Shown: positions 18,348 to 29,415, counted from the stretch's first letter. The stretch is DNA of 64,000 nucleotides from an uncultured Bacillota bacterium (GCA_949300365.1 CASGEC010000001.1:313980-377979), one strand, 5' to 3'. Notes: generated by a model not told the origin, from the sequence alone. Numbers and translations are program-made.

Positions 18348-19022
18348 CTAATCGAGGCTCTTATATTCTTCCCGATAGGCTAGAACCTTCTCATAGAGGC
18401 CGTCCTTGAAGAGGTCGGGATGGCTCTGGGAGAGGTAGTCGATAGCCGTATCGATATCGACGATGGCACAGGCCTTGATGTTGTTGTTGCGCTCGATTTC
18501 CTTGAGGGCGGAGCAGGAGGAATGGAGGGATTTTTCCTTCCGGTCGAGGCTGACGATAAGGCCGAGGATCTTTTCGGCACCGACATCGTGAAGCAGGGAG
18601 AGGGATTCCTCGACGGAAATGCCGGAAGTGACGACATCGTCGATGAGGACGATCCTCTCCTCCTTGGTGATGGGATGGCCCATGATGACACCCTTCTCGC
18701 CGTGGTCCTTGCTCTCCTTCCTGTTTGTGGCATAGCTGACATCCTCACCGAGATCGGAAAGAGCCATGACCGTGCTCACGGATAGGGGAATGCCCTTGTA
18801 GCTGGGACCGAAAAGGACATCGAATTGCCCGAAGTTCTCCTTGATGGCATGGGCATAATAGGTCGAGAGGGTCTTGAGCTCCTTGCCGGAGTGGAAGTTT
18901 CCGATGTTGAAGAAGTAGGGAGAGAAACGGCCCGACTTCAAAGTGAAGGAACCAAAGCGGAGGGCGTGGCTTGCGATGGCAAACTCGAGGAAGTCCTTCT
19001 GGTAATCCTTAATCGCGGCCAT
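18348..19022 (-). CDS. pyrE: Orotate phosphoribosyltransferase
   Basis: Start MAAIKDYQKDFLEFAI... at ATG 19022. PRPP loop VLIDDVVTSGISV. The ORF-track N-terminal extension lies inside pyrF. Confidence 0.92.
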   Translation of the reverse strand: MAAIKDYQKDFLEFAIASHALRFGSFTLKSGRFSPYFFNIGNFHSGKELKTLSTYYAHAIKENFGQFDVLFGPSYKGIPLSVSTVMALSDLGEDVSYATNRKESKDHGEKGVIMGHPITKEERIVLIDDVVTSGISVEESLSLLHDVGAEKILGLIVSLDRKEKSLHSSCSALKEIERNNNIKACAIVDIDTAIDYLSQSHPDLFKDGLYEKVLAYREEYKSLD

Positions 19023-19713
19023 TTTCGAAAGCCTCCTTGATGGTCCTATAGGAAGAGACGGGATCCTTGCTTGCCGTGATGGCGCGGCCGACGACGATAT
19101 AGTCGACCCCTTCTTCCCGTGCCGTCTTGGGCGTGGCGACGCGCTTCTGGTCCTGGCTCTCCTGGCTGGCAAGGCGGATTCCGGGACAGACGGTGACGAA
19201 GTCCTTGCCGAGCGTCTCATGGATCTTCTTGGCCTCGAAGACCGAGCAGACGACACCGCCCAAGCCGCTTTCCTTGGCCAAGGAAGCAAAACGGGTGGCG
19301 CTATCGGCAATCGAGCCTGGGATTCCGATTTCCTTGTTGAGGACATCCTGATCAAAGGAGGTAAGGATGGTGACGCCGATGGCAAGAGGAAGCTTTCCTT
19401 TGGAGCCTTCCTTAAGGCCCAGCATGGCTTCTTCCATCATCTTCTTTCCGCCGTAGCAATGAAGGTTGATCATGTCGACGTCAAGGCTTGCCAGAGAGCG
19501 GAAGGCGCCCCTTGCGGTGTTGGGGATGTCGCAGACCTTCAGGTCGAGGAAGATGTCGTGTCCTCTCCTCTTGATCTCGCGGACGATGTCCGGTCCTTCC
19601 TTGTAGAAGAGCTCCATGCCGATCTTGACGGCGATTCCCTCCGTGAACTTGTCCAGGAAGGAAAGCGTGCTCTCCCTGTCCTTGAAGTCCAAAGCGACGA
19701 TGGTCCTGTTCAT
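19009..19713 (-). CDS. pyrF: Orotidine-5-prime-phosphate decarboxylase
   Basis: MNRTIVALDFKD...FLDLKVCDIPNT... with ATG at 19713. Overlaps pyrE by 14 nt and pyrD by 4 nt. Confidence 0.92.
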   Translation of the reverse strand: MNRTIVALDFKDRESTLSFLDKFTEGIAVKIGMELFYKEGPDIVREIKRRGHDIFLDLKVCDIPNTARGAFRSLASLDVDMINLHCYGGKKMMEEAMLGLKEGSKGKLPLAIGVTILTSFDQDVLNKEIGIPGSIADSATRFASLAKESGLGGVVCSVFEAKKIHETLGKDFVTVCPGIRLASQESQDQKRVATPKTAREEGVDYIVVGRAITASKDPVSSYRTIKEAFENGRD

Positions 19714-20621
19714 TTCAATGCCTCCTTGATGCAGGTACTTAGCGTCTCGTATCCGTATCGTCTCATCGTGTCGGGGAGTTCTTCGACGATCTTCTTCATC
19801 GCATAGGGGTCCTTGAGATTGGCTGAGCCCACCTCGACGGCACTGGCTCCGGCAAGAAGGAACTCGATGACGTCCCTGGCCGAAGCGATGCCGCCGACGC
19901 CGATGATGGGGATGTTTATCTCCTTGGCGCACTGGTAGACCACCTTCAGGGCCATCGGAAGGATAGCCGGCCCACCATAGCCGCCGATCGTCCGGGAGAG
20001 AATCGGCTTCCTTGTCCTGAGGTCGATCCGCATGCCCTGGAAGGAATTGCAGACGACGATGCCATCCGCCCCGGCTTCCTCGACGGCCTTGGCAACAAGG
20101 ACGATGTCCTTGGCGTTTGGTGTCAGCTTGACGTAGAGAGGATGCCTGGAAAGTGCCTTGAGCTTCCTTGTTATGCTGTAGGCTTCTTTCGGGTCCGTTC
20201 CCAAGGCCATGCCACCTTTGGAGACGTTGGGGCAGGAGATATTGATCTCGTAGGCATCGATTCCTTCCGTCCCGTTGAGGACATCCATGACATGGCAGTA
20301 CTCCTCTTCGTCGCTGCCGGCGATGGAGACAAGAAGCGGTCCCTTGTAGGTCTTCCTCAGCTCCGGGATCTTCTTTTTGGCGACGATGTCGACGCCGGGA
20401 TTTTCAAGGCCGATGCAGTTAAGCGTTCCTTCATAGGCGTCAGCGATTCTCGGCAAGGGATTTCCCGGACGCTCCAAGCCGGTCGCGGACTTGGTGGTGA
20501 AGCCACCCAGGATGTTGAGGTCATAGAACTTTGAGAGCTCTTCGCCATAGCCCGCCGTACCGCTGGCAGGAAGGACAGGATTCTTCAGATCCAGACCCGG
20601 GAGAGTAATTCTAGTGTCCAT
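19710..20621 (-). CDS. pyrD: Dihydroorotate dehydrogenase, class 1B catalytic subunit
   Basis: [26 protein letters not shown]...INISCPNV... with ATG at 20621. Partnered with pyrK. Confidence 0.92.
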   Translation of the reverse strand: MDTRITLPGLDLKNPVLPASGTAGYGEELSKFYDLNILGGFTTKSATGLERPGNPLPRIADAYEGTLNCIGLENPGVDIVAKKKIPELRKTYKGPLLVSIAGSDEEEYCHVMDVLNGTEGIDAYEINISCPNVSKGGMALGTDPKEAYSITRKLKALSRHPLYVKLTPNAKDIVLVAKAVEEAGADGIVVCNSFQGMRIDLRTRKPILSRTIGGYGGPAILPMALKVVYQCAKEINIPIIGVGGIASARDVIEFLLAGASAVEVGSANLKDPYAMKKIVEELPDTMRRYGYETLSTCIKEALK

Positions 20622-21349
20622 CAGTAGCACACCTCCTTGAAGGCAAAGACAGGGCCGTCCTTGCAGATCTTCCTTCTTTTCCCATCCGGCGTCAGGAGCG
20701 TGCATCCGTTACAGATACCATAGCCACACCCCATCCGGCATTCCAAGGAGACATATCCCTTTTCGAATGTCTTCTCGCAGGCCTTAAGGAATGGAACAGG
20801 GCCACAGCAATAGGCCGTCTTCCTTGTGTCCTCTTCCTCAAGGATATCCGTGAATAGGCCCTTTGTCCCATAGCTTCCATCCAAAGTCGCGATCTTGGCC
20901 AGAGGATCCAGAGAGAGGATATCTTCAAGAAGGGGAATGTCTTCCTTGGTATTGAAGGCAAAGCGGATATGGAAGCTTTTTCCTTCCTTCTTCATCCTCT
21001 TGGCCAAAAAGAGAAGAGGAGCTATGCCAAGACCGGCACCGACAAGAAGGCTATCCGTTTTTCTTTCTTCAAAGCCGTGGCCCAAGGGAAGAAGGACGTT
21101 TAGCTTTTCCCCTTCCTTCTGCCTGGATAGGGCCAAGGTCCCTTCCCCGACGACCTTGTAGAGGAAGGAGAGGACATCATCCTTATCATCGACAATCCCA
21201 AGCGGTCTCCTGAGGAAGAAGTTGGGGATAGAAAGAGAGGCAAACTGCCCAGGCTCACAGGCTATGTCCTTGGCGCCGGAAAGGCGAAGAAGGTAGATAT
21301 CCTTGGCAACACACGCGTTTTGAAGGATCGTCAGTTCCAGCGTTTTCAT
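20621..21349 (-). CDS. pyrK: Dihydroorotate dehydrogenase electron-transfer subunit
   Basis: 242 aa. FAD/NAD-binding fold plus the C-terminal 2Fe-2S motif [13 protein letters not shown]. Confidence 0.88.
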   Translation of the reverse strand: MKTLELTILQNACVAKDIYLLRLSGAKDIACEPGQFASLSIPNFFLRRPLGIVDDKDDVLSFLYKVVGEGTLALSRQKEGEKLNVLLPLGHGFEERKTDSLLVGAGLGIAPLLFLAKRMKKEGKSFHIRFAFNTKEDIPLLEDILSLDPLAKIATLDGSYGTKGLFTDILEEEDTRKTAYCCGPVPFLKACEKTFEKGYVSLECRMGCGYGICNGCTLLTPDGKRRKICKDGPVFAFKEVCY

Positions 21350-24300
21350 TTCCTCTCCTCCCCGAGCGGCTCAAAGGAGTAGCTCTCGTTTTCAAGGACG
21401 CTGAGAAGGGCGCGGGCCGTATCCAGACAGGTCATGCAGAAGATACCGTTTTCCCAGGCGACGCGGCGGATGAGATAGCCATCCAGGGAAGAGGACTTGT
21501 CGCTGAAGGGCTGGGTATTGATAACATAGGTGACCTTCTTCGTCCGGATGAGATCCAGGACATCCATGCGGCTATCCTTGGTCTCGCTGACCTTGCGGCA
21601 GTCGCGGACGATAAGGCCGTTCTCCCTGAGGAAGGAAGCCGTTCCGGAAGTGGCATAGATGCCATAGCCGATATCGAAGAACTTCTTGGCGATCGCCAGT
21701 GTTTCCTGTTTGGTATCGTCGCTGACGGTGATCAGGACGTTGCTTGAGAGAGGAAGGTGGACACCCGTTCCAAGAAGGGCCTTGGCCATGGCCTTCTCGA
21801 AGGAGATATCGCTTCCCATGCTTTCGCCGGTGGACTTCATCTCGGGCCCGAGGGTCGTGTCGACGCCGCGGATCTTGGAGAAGGAGAAGGCCGGGGACTT
21901 GACGAAGTAGCGGTCCTTCCTCTCTTCCTTCATGCCGGTAGGATAGCCCTGTTCCTCAAGGGAAGTTCCCATGATGCAGGCTGTTGCAATCTCGCACATC
22001 GAAGTGCCCGTGGCCTTGGAAAGATAGGGGACGGTCCTTGAGGAACGGGGATTGACCTCGATGACATAGACCTTGTCGGTTCCTTCCTCGATGTCGAACT
22101 GTATGTTGAAAAGGCCCTTGATGTGAAATCCCCTTCCGATCTTGATGGTGTAGTCGAGGATGGTCTTCTTGACTTCCTCGCTCAGTCCCAAGGGAGGATA
22201 GACGGAAGTGGAGTCCCCGGAATGGACGCCGGCCTTCTCGATCTGGGACATGATTCCGGGAAGATAGACATCCGTGGCATCGGAGATGGCATCGACCTCG
22301 ACTTCCCTTCCGCGGATGTACTTGTCCAGAAGGATCGGGGAGTCATGTGTGATCTCCTTGACCGCGGTCTTCATGTAGATCTCAAGCTCGTTGTCGTTGT
22401 CGACGACCTGCATGGCACGTCCACCGAGGACGTAGGAAGGACGGATGATGAGCGGATAGCCAAGCTCCTTGGCGATCTTCCTTGCCTCCTCGACATCGAA
22501 GGCCGTCCTGCCGATCGGGGTCGGGATCTTTAGCTCTGCCATCACCTTCTCGAAGATATCCCTGTCTTCCCCGGCATCGATCCCTTCAAGCGAGGTGCCA
22601 AGGATCGGGACATGTCTTTCATCCAGGGCCTTGGCAAGGTTGATCGCGGTCTGGCCACCGAACTGGACGATGACGCCCATGGGCTTCTCAAGGTCGATGA
22701 CGGCCATGACGTCCTCGATGGTCAAGGGCTCGAAGTAGAGCTTGTCGGATACGGAGAAGTCCGTCGAGACGGTCTCCGGATTGTTGTTGATGACGATCGC
22801 CTCATAGCCGAGCTTCCGCAAGGCCCAGATGCAGTGGACGGTCGCGAAATCGAATTCGACGCCCTGACCGATGCGGATGGGGCCGGAACCGAGAACGACG
22901 ACCTTCTTCCTGTCGCTGCGGATGCTTTCGTTTTCCTCGCCCCATGTTCCATAGAAATAGGGAGTCGCGCTTTCGAATTCGCCGGCGCAGGTGTCGACCA
23001 TCTTGAAGACGGGAATGATGTTGTTTTTGTGCCGGAAGTCCTCAATGGAGATCGTTGTCGTCTTCCAGCTTCTTGCGATGAAGGAATCGGAGACACCGAG
23101 CTTTTTTGCTTTCTTTAAGGTCTCGACGTCGAATGGCTTTTCCTGCACTTCCCTTTCCATGTCGACGATGCTCTTCATGCCGTCGAGGAAGAAGAGGTCG
23201 ATCTTGGAAAGGTCGTGGATTTCCTTGGGCGTCGTTCCCCTGCGGAAGAGCTCGGCGATGGCAAAGGGCCTTTCATAGTCGCAGTCCGTGACGCGTTTCT
23301 TAAGTTCCTCGTCTGAGAAGGATGCAAGGGCAGGGTCAAAGAGGGAATCCCGTTTGACTTCCAAAGAGCGGATAGCCTTGTTGAGACTTTCCTGGAAGTT
23401 CCTTCCGATGGCCATGACTTCGCCGGTTGCCTTCATCTGGGTTGTCAGTTCCCCGTCGGCCGTCTCGAACTTGTCGAAGGGGAAACGGGGATACTTGGTG
23501 ACGAAATAGTCGATGGAAGGCTCGAAGCAGGCATAGCTTGTCTTGGTGATGGGGTTGAGGATCTCATCCAGAGTCAGACCGACGGAAAGCTTGGCCGAGA
23601 TTTCGGCGATGGGGTAGCCGGTCGCCTTGCTGGCCAGGGCGGAGGAACGGGAGACACGGGGATTGACCTCGATGATGAAGTACTTGAAGGAATCCGGGTC
23701 GAGGGCAATCTGGACGTTGCATCCGCCGGTGATCTTCAGGGCGCGGATGATCTTCAGGGAGACATCCCTGAGCATCTGGTTTTCCTTGTCCGTCAGCGTC
23801 TGCAGGGGCGCGACGACGATGGAATCGCCGGTGTGGATGCCGACGGGATCGACGTTTTCCATGGCACAGACGACGATGGCGTTGTCCTTGTCATCCCGCA
23901 TGACCTCGTATTCGATTTCCTTGTATCCCTTGAGGGACTTCTCGATGAGGCATTTGTGGATGGGGGAGACGGATAGGCCGGATTCGGCGATGTCGGCAAG
24001 GGCTTGTTCGTCATCGGCATAGCCACCTCCTGTTCCGCCCAGGGTATAGAAAGGACGGACGACGACCGGATAGCCGATCTTCCTTCCGGCATCGAGGGCC
24101 TCCTTGACCGTCTCCACTTCCAGGGACTGGGCCATGGGCTCCCGGATATCGTCCATGAGCTTCTTGAAGAGCTCTCTGTCCGATGCCCTGTTGATGGCCT
24201 CAAGGGAAGTTCCCAATACCTCGACATGGAACTGCTCGAGAATGCCGGCCTTGGCAAGCTCGATTGTGAGGTTGAGGCCGGTCTGGCCACCGAGCGTTCC

Positions 24301-24561
24301 CAAGATGGCATCCGGTCTTTCCTTGTAGATAATCCTCTTTGCCGCTTCCAGGGTGATGGGTTCGATATAGACCTTGTCGGCGATGAGGGTGTCGGTCATG
24401 ATCGTGGCGGGATTGGAATTAAGAAGGACCACCTCATAGCCTTCTTCCCTCAGGGCGCGGCAGGCCTGGGTGCCGGAATAGTCGAACTCCGCCGCCTGTC
24501 CGATGACGATCGGGCCGGAGCCGATGACCAGAATCTTGTGGATATCCTTTCTCTTAGGCAT
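21346..24561 (-). CDS. carB: Carbamoyl-phosphate synthase large subunit
   Basis: 1071 aa. [37 protein letters not shown]..., with duplicated ATP-grasp halves. Confidence 0.95.
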   Translation of the reverse strand: MPKRKDIHKILVIGSGPIVIGQAAEFDYSGTQACRALREEGYEVVLLNSNPATIMTDTLIADKVYIEPITLEAAKRIIYKERPDAILGTLGGQTGLNLTIELAKAGILEQFHVEVLGTSLEAINRASDRELFKKLMDDIREPMAQSLEVETVKEALDAGRKIGYPVVVRPFYTLGGTGGGYADDEQALADIAESGLSVSPIHKCLIEKSLKGYKEIEYEVMRDDKDNAIVVCAMENVDPVGIHTGDSIVVAPLQTLTDKENQMLRDVSLKIIRALKITGGCNVQIALDPDSFKYFIIEVNPRVSRSSALASKATGYPIAEISAKLSVGLTLDEILNPITKTSYACFEPSIDYFVTKYPRFPFDKFETADGELTTQMKATGEVMAIGRNFQESLNKAIRSLEVKRDSLFDPALASFSDEELKKRVTDCDYERPFAIAELFRRGTTPKEIHDLSKIDLFFLDGMKSIVDMEREVQEKPFDVETLKKAKKLGVSDSFIARSWKTTTISIEDFRHKNNIIPVFKMVDTCAGEFESATPYFYGTWGEENESIRSDRKKVVVLGSGPIRIGQGVEFDFATVHCIWALRKLGYEAIVINNNPETVSTDFSVSDKLYFEPLTIEDVMAVIDLEKPMGVIVQFGGQTAINLAKALDERHVPILGTSLEGIDAGEDRDIFEKVMAELKIPTPIGRTAFDVEEARKIAKELGYPLIIRPSYVLGGRAMQVVDNDNELEIYMKTAVKEITHDSPILLDKYIRGREVEVDAISDATDVYLPGIMSQIEKAGVHSGDSTSVYPPLGLSEEVKKTILDYTIKIGRGFHIKGLFNIQFDIEEGTDKVYVIEVNPRSSRTVPYLSKATGTSMCEIATACIMGTSLEEQGYPTGMKEERKDRYFVKSPAFSFSKIRGVDTTLGPEMKSTGESMGSDISFEKAMAKALLGTGVHLPLSSNVLITVSDDTKQETLAIAKKFFDIGYGIYATSGTASFLRENGLIVRDCRKVSETKDSRMDVLDLIRTKKVTYVINTQPFSDKSSSLDGYLIRRVAWENGIFCMTCLDTARALLSVLENESYSFEPLGEERK

Positions 24562-25645
24562 GGATGAAGTCCTCCTTTTCGTCGATCGTCTTCAGGAAGT
24601 CCTGGATGAGCGGATAGGCATCATGGGGTCCTGCTGCCGCCTCGGGATGGAACTGGACGGAGGAGACGGGATGGCGGATGTCCTTGACCCCTTCGATCGT
24701 CCTGTCGTTGAGGTTGACGTAGGTCGGGACAAGGCCCGTTCCTTCCAGGGATTTCTCGTCGACCGCATAGCCGTGGTTCTGGCTGGTGATGAGGACCTTC
24801 CCTGTCTTCAGGTCGATGACAGGCTGGTTGGCACCCCGGTGACCGAATTTCATCTTGTAGGTCTTTCCGCCCTTGGCAAGGCTGATGAGCTGGTGGCCAA
24901 GGCAGATGCCAAAGATCGGGATGTCGCTTTCGATCAGCTTGGAAAGGGTCGTGATGGCTTCCCTGTTGTCCATAGGATCGCCCGGGCCATTCGAGACAAG
25001 GATGCCGTCTGGGGCATAGGAGAGGATTTCCTCATAGGAGCTGTTTCCGGGAACGACGATGACCGAGCAGCCATGTCCCACAAGGGCGTGGAGGATATTG
25101 AGCTTGGCCCCGAAGTCCATCAGGACGATCCTTTTGCCGCTGGCGGGAATCTCATAGGCCTTCTTCGTCATGACGTGCTGGACGTGATCGTGGCGCAAGG
25201 GCGTTTCCACAAGTTCCTTCTGGACTTCCTTGCTATTCCTTTCCTCGGAGACGATCTTGCCTCTTAGGACGCCTTGGCTTCTTATGTGCCGGACGACGGC
25301 CCTGGTATCGATTCCCTGAAGTCCCGGAATCTTCGCACTGGCGAGGAAGGCCTCAAGGGAAAGCTTGGCGCGGAAGTTGCTCGGCCTGTCGCAGAGGGTG
25401 GAGACGAAGACGGCAGAAAGGGAGGGCGTCAAGGCCTCGAAGTCATCGCGATTGATGCCGTAGTTGCCGATAAGCGGGTTGGTGAAGAGGACCCCTTGAC
25501 CGAAATAGCTGGGATCGGAAAGGATTTCCTGATAGCCGGTCATCGAGGTGTTGAAGACGATCTCGAAGACGTCGCTGTCTTCTTTCGAGCCGAAGGCTTC
25601 CCCGTAGAGATGGAAGCCATCCTCCAGAACGAGCTGCTTTCTCAT
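24554..25645 (-). CDS. carA: Carbamoyl-phosphate synthase small (glutaminase) subunit
   Basis: 363 aa. Catalytic GICLGHQL motif. 8-nt overlap with carB. Confidence 0.93.
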   Translation of the reverse strand: MRKQLVLEDGFHLYGEAFGSKEDSDVFEIVFNTSMTGYQEILSDPSYFGQGVLFTNPLIGNYGINRDDFEALTPSLSAVFVSTLCDRPSNFRAKLSLEAFLASAKIPGLQGIDTRAVVRHIRSQGVLRGKIVSEERNSKEVQKELVETPLRHDHVQHVMTKKAYEIPASGKRIVLMDFGAKLNILHALVGHGCSVIVVPGNSSYEEILSYAPDGILVSNGPGDPMDNREAITTLSKLIESDIPIFGICLGHQLISLAKGGKTYKMKFGHRGANQPVIDLKTGKVLITSQNHGYAVDEKSLEGTGLVPTYVNLNDRTIEGVKDIRHPVSSVQFHPEAAAGPHDAYPLIQDFLKTIDEKEDFIHA

Positions 25646-26934
25646 AGTGAACCTCCTTTTCTTTCGTAGACGACCTTGCCGTCATGGTAGGACCTTATGA
25701 CCTCTCCGATGACGTCCCATCCTTCATAGGGCGTGTTTTTCCCCTTGGAGAGGAAGGTCGAGCTATCGATTCGATAATGCGCATTCGGATCAAAGAGGAA
25801 GAAGTCGCTTCGATATCCCGGGGCTATCCTTCCGATACCCTTAAGAAGGAACCGCTCTGCCGGGAAGAGACTCATTCGGTCGATCAGTTCCGGTAGGGAG
25901 AGAAGCTTTTCCTCAAGGACGAGCTTTGCATAGAGGATCGGAAGGGAGGTTTCCAGGGAGACGATACCAAAGGGCGCCTTCTCCATGCCCTTGTCCTTTT
26001 CCTCTTTGGTGTGGGGTGCATGGTCGCTTGCGATGATGGAGATGATGTTTTCCTTCAAGGCTTTTCGTAGGGCAAGGACATCCTCCAAGGGCTTAAGAGG
26101 TGGCGACATCTTGAATTTAGGCGAGGAAACGTCTTCGTCTGTCAATGTAAGGTGATGGCAGGTTGCTTCTCCTGTGACATCGACACCGTTTTCCTGTCCT
26201 TCCTTGATGGCTTCGACGGTCTTCTTGGCTGAGACGTGGCAGATGTGGATATGGCCGCCGTACTTCTTTGCCATCTGGATATAGAAGCGAGCCTGACTGG
26301 CCTCCGCCTCGTCTGTCATGCCGCCTTCGATTCCAAGCTCCTTGGCCCTTCTTCCGGAGAACATGATCCTTGTCTTTCCTTCCAGCGACTTGTCCTCGCA
26401 ATGGAAGCTGATCCGACAGCCTGTCCTTTGGGAGAAGGTGAGGGCCTTCTGGAGGATTTCCTCGTCCTCTGTGCTTTCTCCGCCATCGTCGGAGAATTGA
26501 TGGAAGCCCAGCTGGTAGAGAGCCTCCATGTCGACGATTTCCTTTCCAAGCTGATTTTTAGTGAGACTAGCGTAAGGATGGCAGGAGACGACCTCCTCTT
26601 TTTTAAGATGGTCGAGATAGGCTTTCCCATCGAGAGGATCATCCGGGCAGGGTATGAGGTTTGGCATCGGGAAGACATGGAGGAATCCGCCATGTGCCGC
26701 GGCGAGGGTTCCGGTATGGATCGTCTCCTTCTTTGTGTATCCCGGATCCCTTAGATGGACGTGGACATCGACCAGGGAGGGAAGAAGGAGAAGGCCCTTG
26801 CCATCGATTCTTTCCGCATCCTCCTCCAAGATTTTCTCCTTGACGTCCAGGATGCCTTCCTCGACAAAAAGGACTTCCCCCTTACGGACATTATGTCCAT
26901 CGAGAAGAAGCACGTTTTCCAATACTTTTTTCAT
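25642..26934 (-). CDS. pyrC: Dihydroorotase
   Basis: 430 aa. The metal-binding motif VDVHVHLRDPG indicates an amidohydrolase fold. Confidence 0.9.
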   Translation of the reverse strand: MKKVLENVLLLDGHNVRKGEVLFVEEGILDVKEKILEEDAERIDGKGLLLLPSLVDVHVHLRDPGYTKKETIHTGTLAAAHGGFLHVFPMPNLIPCPDDPLDGKAYLDHLKKEEVVSCHPYASLTKNQLGKEIVDMEALYQLGFHQFSDDGGESTEDEEILQKALTFSQRTGCRISFHCEDKSLEGKTRIMFSGRRAKELGIEGGMTDEAEASQARFYIQMAKKYGGHIHICHVSAKKTVEAIKEGQENGVDVTGEATCHHLTLTDEDVSSPKFKMSPPLKPLEDVLALRKALKENIISIIASDHAPHTKEEKDKGMEKAPFGIVSLETSLPILYAKLVLEEKLLSLPELIDRMSLFPAERFLLKGIGRIAPGYRSDFFLFDPNAHYRIDSSTFLSKGKNTPYEGWDVIGEVIRSYHDGKVVYERKGGSL

Positions 26935-27851
26935 CAGAACCTCCAGGGGAAGCTATCGGAAGGGAAGGAAGAAAAGCCCAAAGCCTTCTTGATGCAGGCC
27001 TTGCGGACAAAGACGCCGTTATGCATCTGGCGGAAGATGACGGAGCGGGGACTCTCGACCAGGTCGGAATCGATTTCGATGCCCCTGTTGACGGGAGCCG
27101 GATGCATGATGATGCTGTTTTCCTTCATGCGGGCATAGCGCTCTTTGGTCAGGCCAAAAAGGCGATGGTATTCCGCATCGGTCAATGTCATCGGAAGGGA
27201 AAGCCTTTCCCTCTGGATACGAAGGAGCATGACGACATCGCTCACTTCGATGGCCTTGTCGAAGTCCACGAAGGGAAAACCCTCCCTGCGGAATTCCTCC
27301 GGGCCGGAGAAGAAGACCTCGGCGCCGAAAAGCCGGAGGGTATCGAAGTTGCTCTTGGCAACGCGGGAATGCTCGATATCCCCGACGATGCAGACCTTAA
27401 GGCCATCAAGATGATGGAAGTGCTCCAGCATCGTATAGAGGTCCAAGAGGCACTGGGTCGGATGGTCGCCCTTGCCATCGCCGGCATTGATGACGGGAAT
27501 GGAGAGATTTTCAAGCTGCTTGTAATAGCAATCCTCGGGCGAGCGGATGACAAGAAGGGAGTAGCCGATCGATTCCAAGGTCTTGCAGGTGTCGTAGAGG
27601 GATTCTCCCTTGGTCACGCTCGAGCGGGCAGCATCGATATCTGCCCTCTGTAGGCCCAAGGCCATCTCCGCAAAGGCGAAGGAGTAGTGCGTCCTTGTCG
27701 AGTTCTCAAAAAAAAGATTGGCTACTGGGGCTCTTTGGGAACCGGTTTGCCAATCTGTATAGCGATTCTGGAAGAGAAAAGCGTCTCTCAGGAGGCTTTC
27801 GACTCCCTCCTTGCCGAGTCCGGTCATCGTCAGGATGCTGTTCACGTTCAT
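26934..27851 (-). CDS. pyrB: Aspartate carbamoyltransferase catalytic subunit
   Basis: ATG at 27851 with SD AGGAGGG. Motifs ENSTRTHYSF and GDHPTQ. The ORF-track extension to 27947 lacks support. Confidence 0.92.
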   Translation of the reverse strand: MNVNSILTMTGLGKEGVESLLRDAFLFQNRYTDWQTGSQRAPVANLFFENSTRTHYSFAFAEMALGLQRADIDAARSSVTKGESLYDTCKTLESIGYSLLVIRSPEDCYYKQLENLSIPVINAGDGKGDHPTQCLLDLYTMLEHFHHLDGLKVCIVGDIEHSRVAKSNFDTLRLFGAEVFFSGPEEFRREGFPFVDFDKAIEVSDVVMLLRIQRERLSLPMTLTDAEYHRLFGLTKERYARMKENSIIMHPAPVNRGIEIDSDLVESPRSVIFRQMHNGVFVRKACIKKALGFSSFPSDSFPWRF

Positions 27852-27877
27852 GACGGGCCCTCCTAGGTATTTGGAAA

Positions 27878-27906
27878 AATATACCACAAAAGAAGGGGGC
27901 GTGGAA
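27878..27906 (-). promoter_or_regulatory. Candidate pyr operon promoter (TTCCAC-N17-TGG-TATATT)
   Basis: Minus strand reads TTCCAC gcccccttcttttgtgg TATATT, ~26 nt upstream of the pyrB ATG. Confidence 0.45.
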
Positions 27907-27980
27907 GAGTCTTTTTGAGCCTTCTTTCCTCTTTCCGAAAAGAGCATTCGGGTTCGATAGCTTCCCTTCTTCCATTAAGG

Positions 27981-27986
27981 TAGAAT
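27981..27986 (+). promoter_or_regulatory. -10 box TAGAAT only 6 nt upstream of the cca ATG (candidate leaderless mRNA)
   Basis: TAGAAT-agggcc-ATG(27993). No properly spaced SD. Confidence 0.4.
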
Positions 27987-27992
27987 AGGGCC

Positions 27993-29327
27993 ATGAATTT
28001 CACGATGGAAATCCCGAAAGAAGCCCTTGCTATCCTTTCGACCCTTCAATCCGCTGGCTTTGAGGCCTATCTTGTCGGCGGCTGTGTCCGCGATGCCCTT
28101 TTAGGCAGGAAGGCCAATGACTTTGATATCGCCACTTCCGCTTTGCCTAAAGAAGTCAAGGCCCTTTTTCCACAGACCTTCGATAGCGGGATCAAGCATG
28201 GGACCGTGACTGTCCTTATGGATAAGAAGTCCTTCGAGGTCACGACCTATCGGATCGATGGGGACTATCGTGACAATAGGCATCCCGACCACGTCACCTT
28301 TACTCCCTCCCTTAGGGAAGACCTGAAGAGAAGGGACTTCACCGTCAATGCCTTTGCCTACAATCCCAAGAACGGTCTTGTCGACCTCTTTGACGGCCTT
28401 AAGGACCTCACGGAAAAAAGGATCCGGGCGGTCGGCGATCCTGAAAGGCGGTTTGAGGAAGATGCCCTAAGGATCCTCCGGGCTGTCCGCTTCTGTGCCC
28501 AGCTTGGCTTTACCTTGGACGAAGATACAAGGAAGGCCTGTCAGGAGAAGGCCTCCCTTTTGAGGAACGTCTCCGCCGAGAGAATAAGGGACGAAGTCCA
28601 GAAGATGCTCCTCTCCCCGAATCCGGAAATCCTCATCCTCTGCCATGAGCTCTCCCTGACGCCTTATTTCATTCCCGAGCTGGATGTCATGCTTCAGACA
28701 AAGCAGGAGAATCCCTATCACTTCCTGGATGTCGGAAGGCATAGCCTAATGGCTGTCAAGAACGCGCCTATGGATCCGCTTTTAAGGTGGGTCCTTCTTC
28801 TTCACGATAGCGGCAAGCCGATCGTGAAAAGCTATGACGAAAAGGGAATTGCCCACTTCTATCGGCATGAGAAGGAAAGCGCGCGGATTGCCCAAGAGGT
28901 CCTGACCCGCCTTCGCCTTCCCAAGAAGTTCGTCCACAAGGCATCCTTCCTCATCCTTCACCACGGGGATGTCTTTCCGCCGAAGGAAAAGTCCGTCCGC
29001 AGGGAAATCACAAAAGTCGGGATCGAGAACTTCCCCCTTCTCATTGAAATCCAGAAAGCCGATTCCTCTGCCCAAAGCGAGATGGCTAGGAAGGACCATT
29101 TGGAAAGGATCGCCGAGGTCGAGAAGGTCTTTGCCGAGATAAAGGAAAAAGAGAAATGCTTCTCCCTGAAGGATCTTGCCGTCCATGGGGATGACCTTAT
29201 AAAGCTCGGAATCCCGCCCGGAAAGGAAATCGGAAAGATCCTCAAGGACATGTTCCAGTACGTCCTCGATAACCCTCAGGACAACACGAAGGACATCCTG
29301 CTTTCGAAGCTGGATAGCTTCCGCTGA
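27993..29327 (+). CDS. cca: CCA-adding tRNA nucleotidyltransferase with HD domain
   Basis: AYLVGGCVRDALLGRKANDFDIATSA...RRDFTVNAFAY, plus a C-terminal HD region (LLLHDSGKP). An alternative start lies at ATG 28005. Confidence 0.9.
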   Translation: MNFTMEIPKEALAILSTLQSAGFEAYLVGGCVRDALLGRKANDFDIATSALPKEVKALFPQTFDSGIKHGTVTVLMDKKSFEVTTYRIDGDYRDNRHPDHVTFTPSLREDLKRRDFTVNAFAYNPKNGLVDLFDGLKDLTEKRIRAVGDPERRFEEDALRILRAVRFCAQLGFTLDEDTRKACQEKASLLRNVSAERIRDEVQKMLLSPNPEILILCHELSLTPYFIPELDVMLQTKQENPYHFLDVGRHSLMAVKNAPMDPLLRWVLLLHDSGKPIVKSYDEKGIAHFYRHEKESARIAQEVLTRLRLPKKFVHKASFLILHHGDVFPPKEKSVRREITKVGIENFPLLIEIQKADSSAQSEMARKDHLERIAEVEKVFAEIKEKEKCFSLKDLAVHGDDLIKLGIPPGKEIGKILKDMFQYVLDNPQDNTKDILLSKLDSFR

Positions 29328-29380
29328 GGAATCAAAATCAGTCTCTTTTGGGTAAGGGAGAATATCTTATGGCCTTGTCA

Positions 29381-29415
29381 ATCCTTCTTTTTCGGAAGGA
29401 TATTTCCTTTTGGCT
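29381..29415 (+). terminator. Probable terminator after cca
   Basis: ATCCTTC-tttttcg-GAAGGAT followed by a T-rich tract (atttccttttggctttt). Confidence 0.45.

Noticed and set aside
27852-27992. PyrR-binding attenuator or anti-terminator upstream of pyrB.
   Set aside because: No UCCAGAGAGG-like loop and no terminator hairpin are present. The leader after the best promoter candidate is only ~26 nt.
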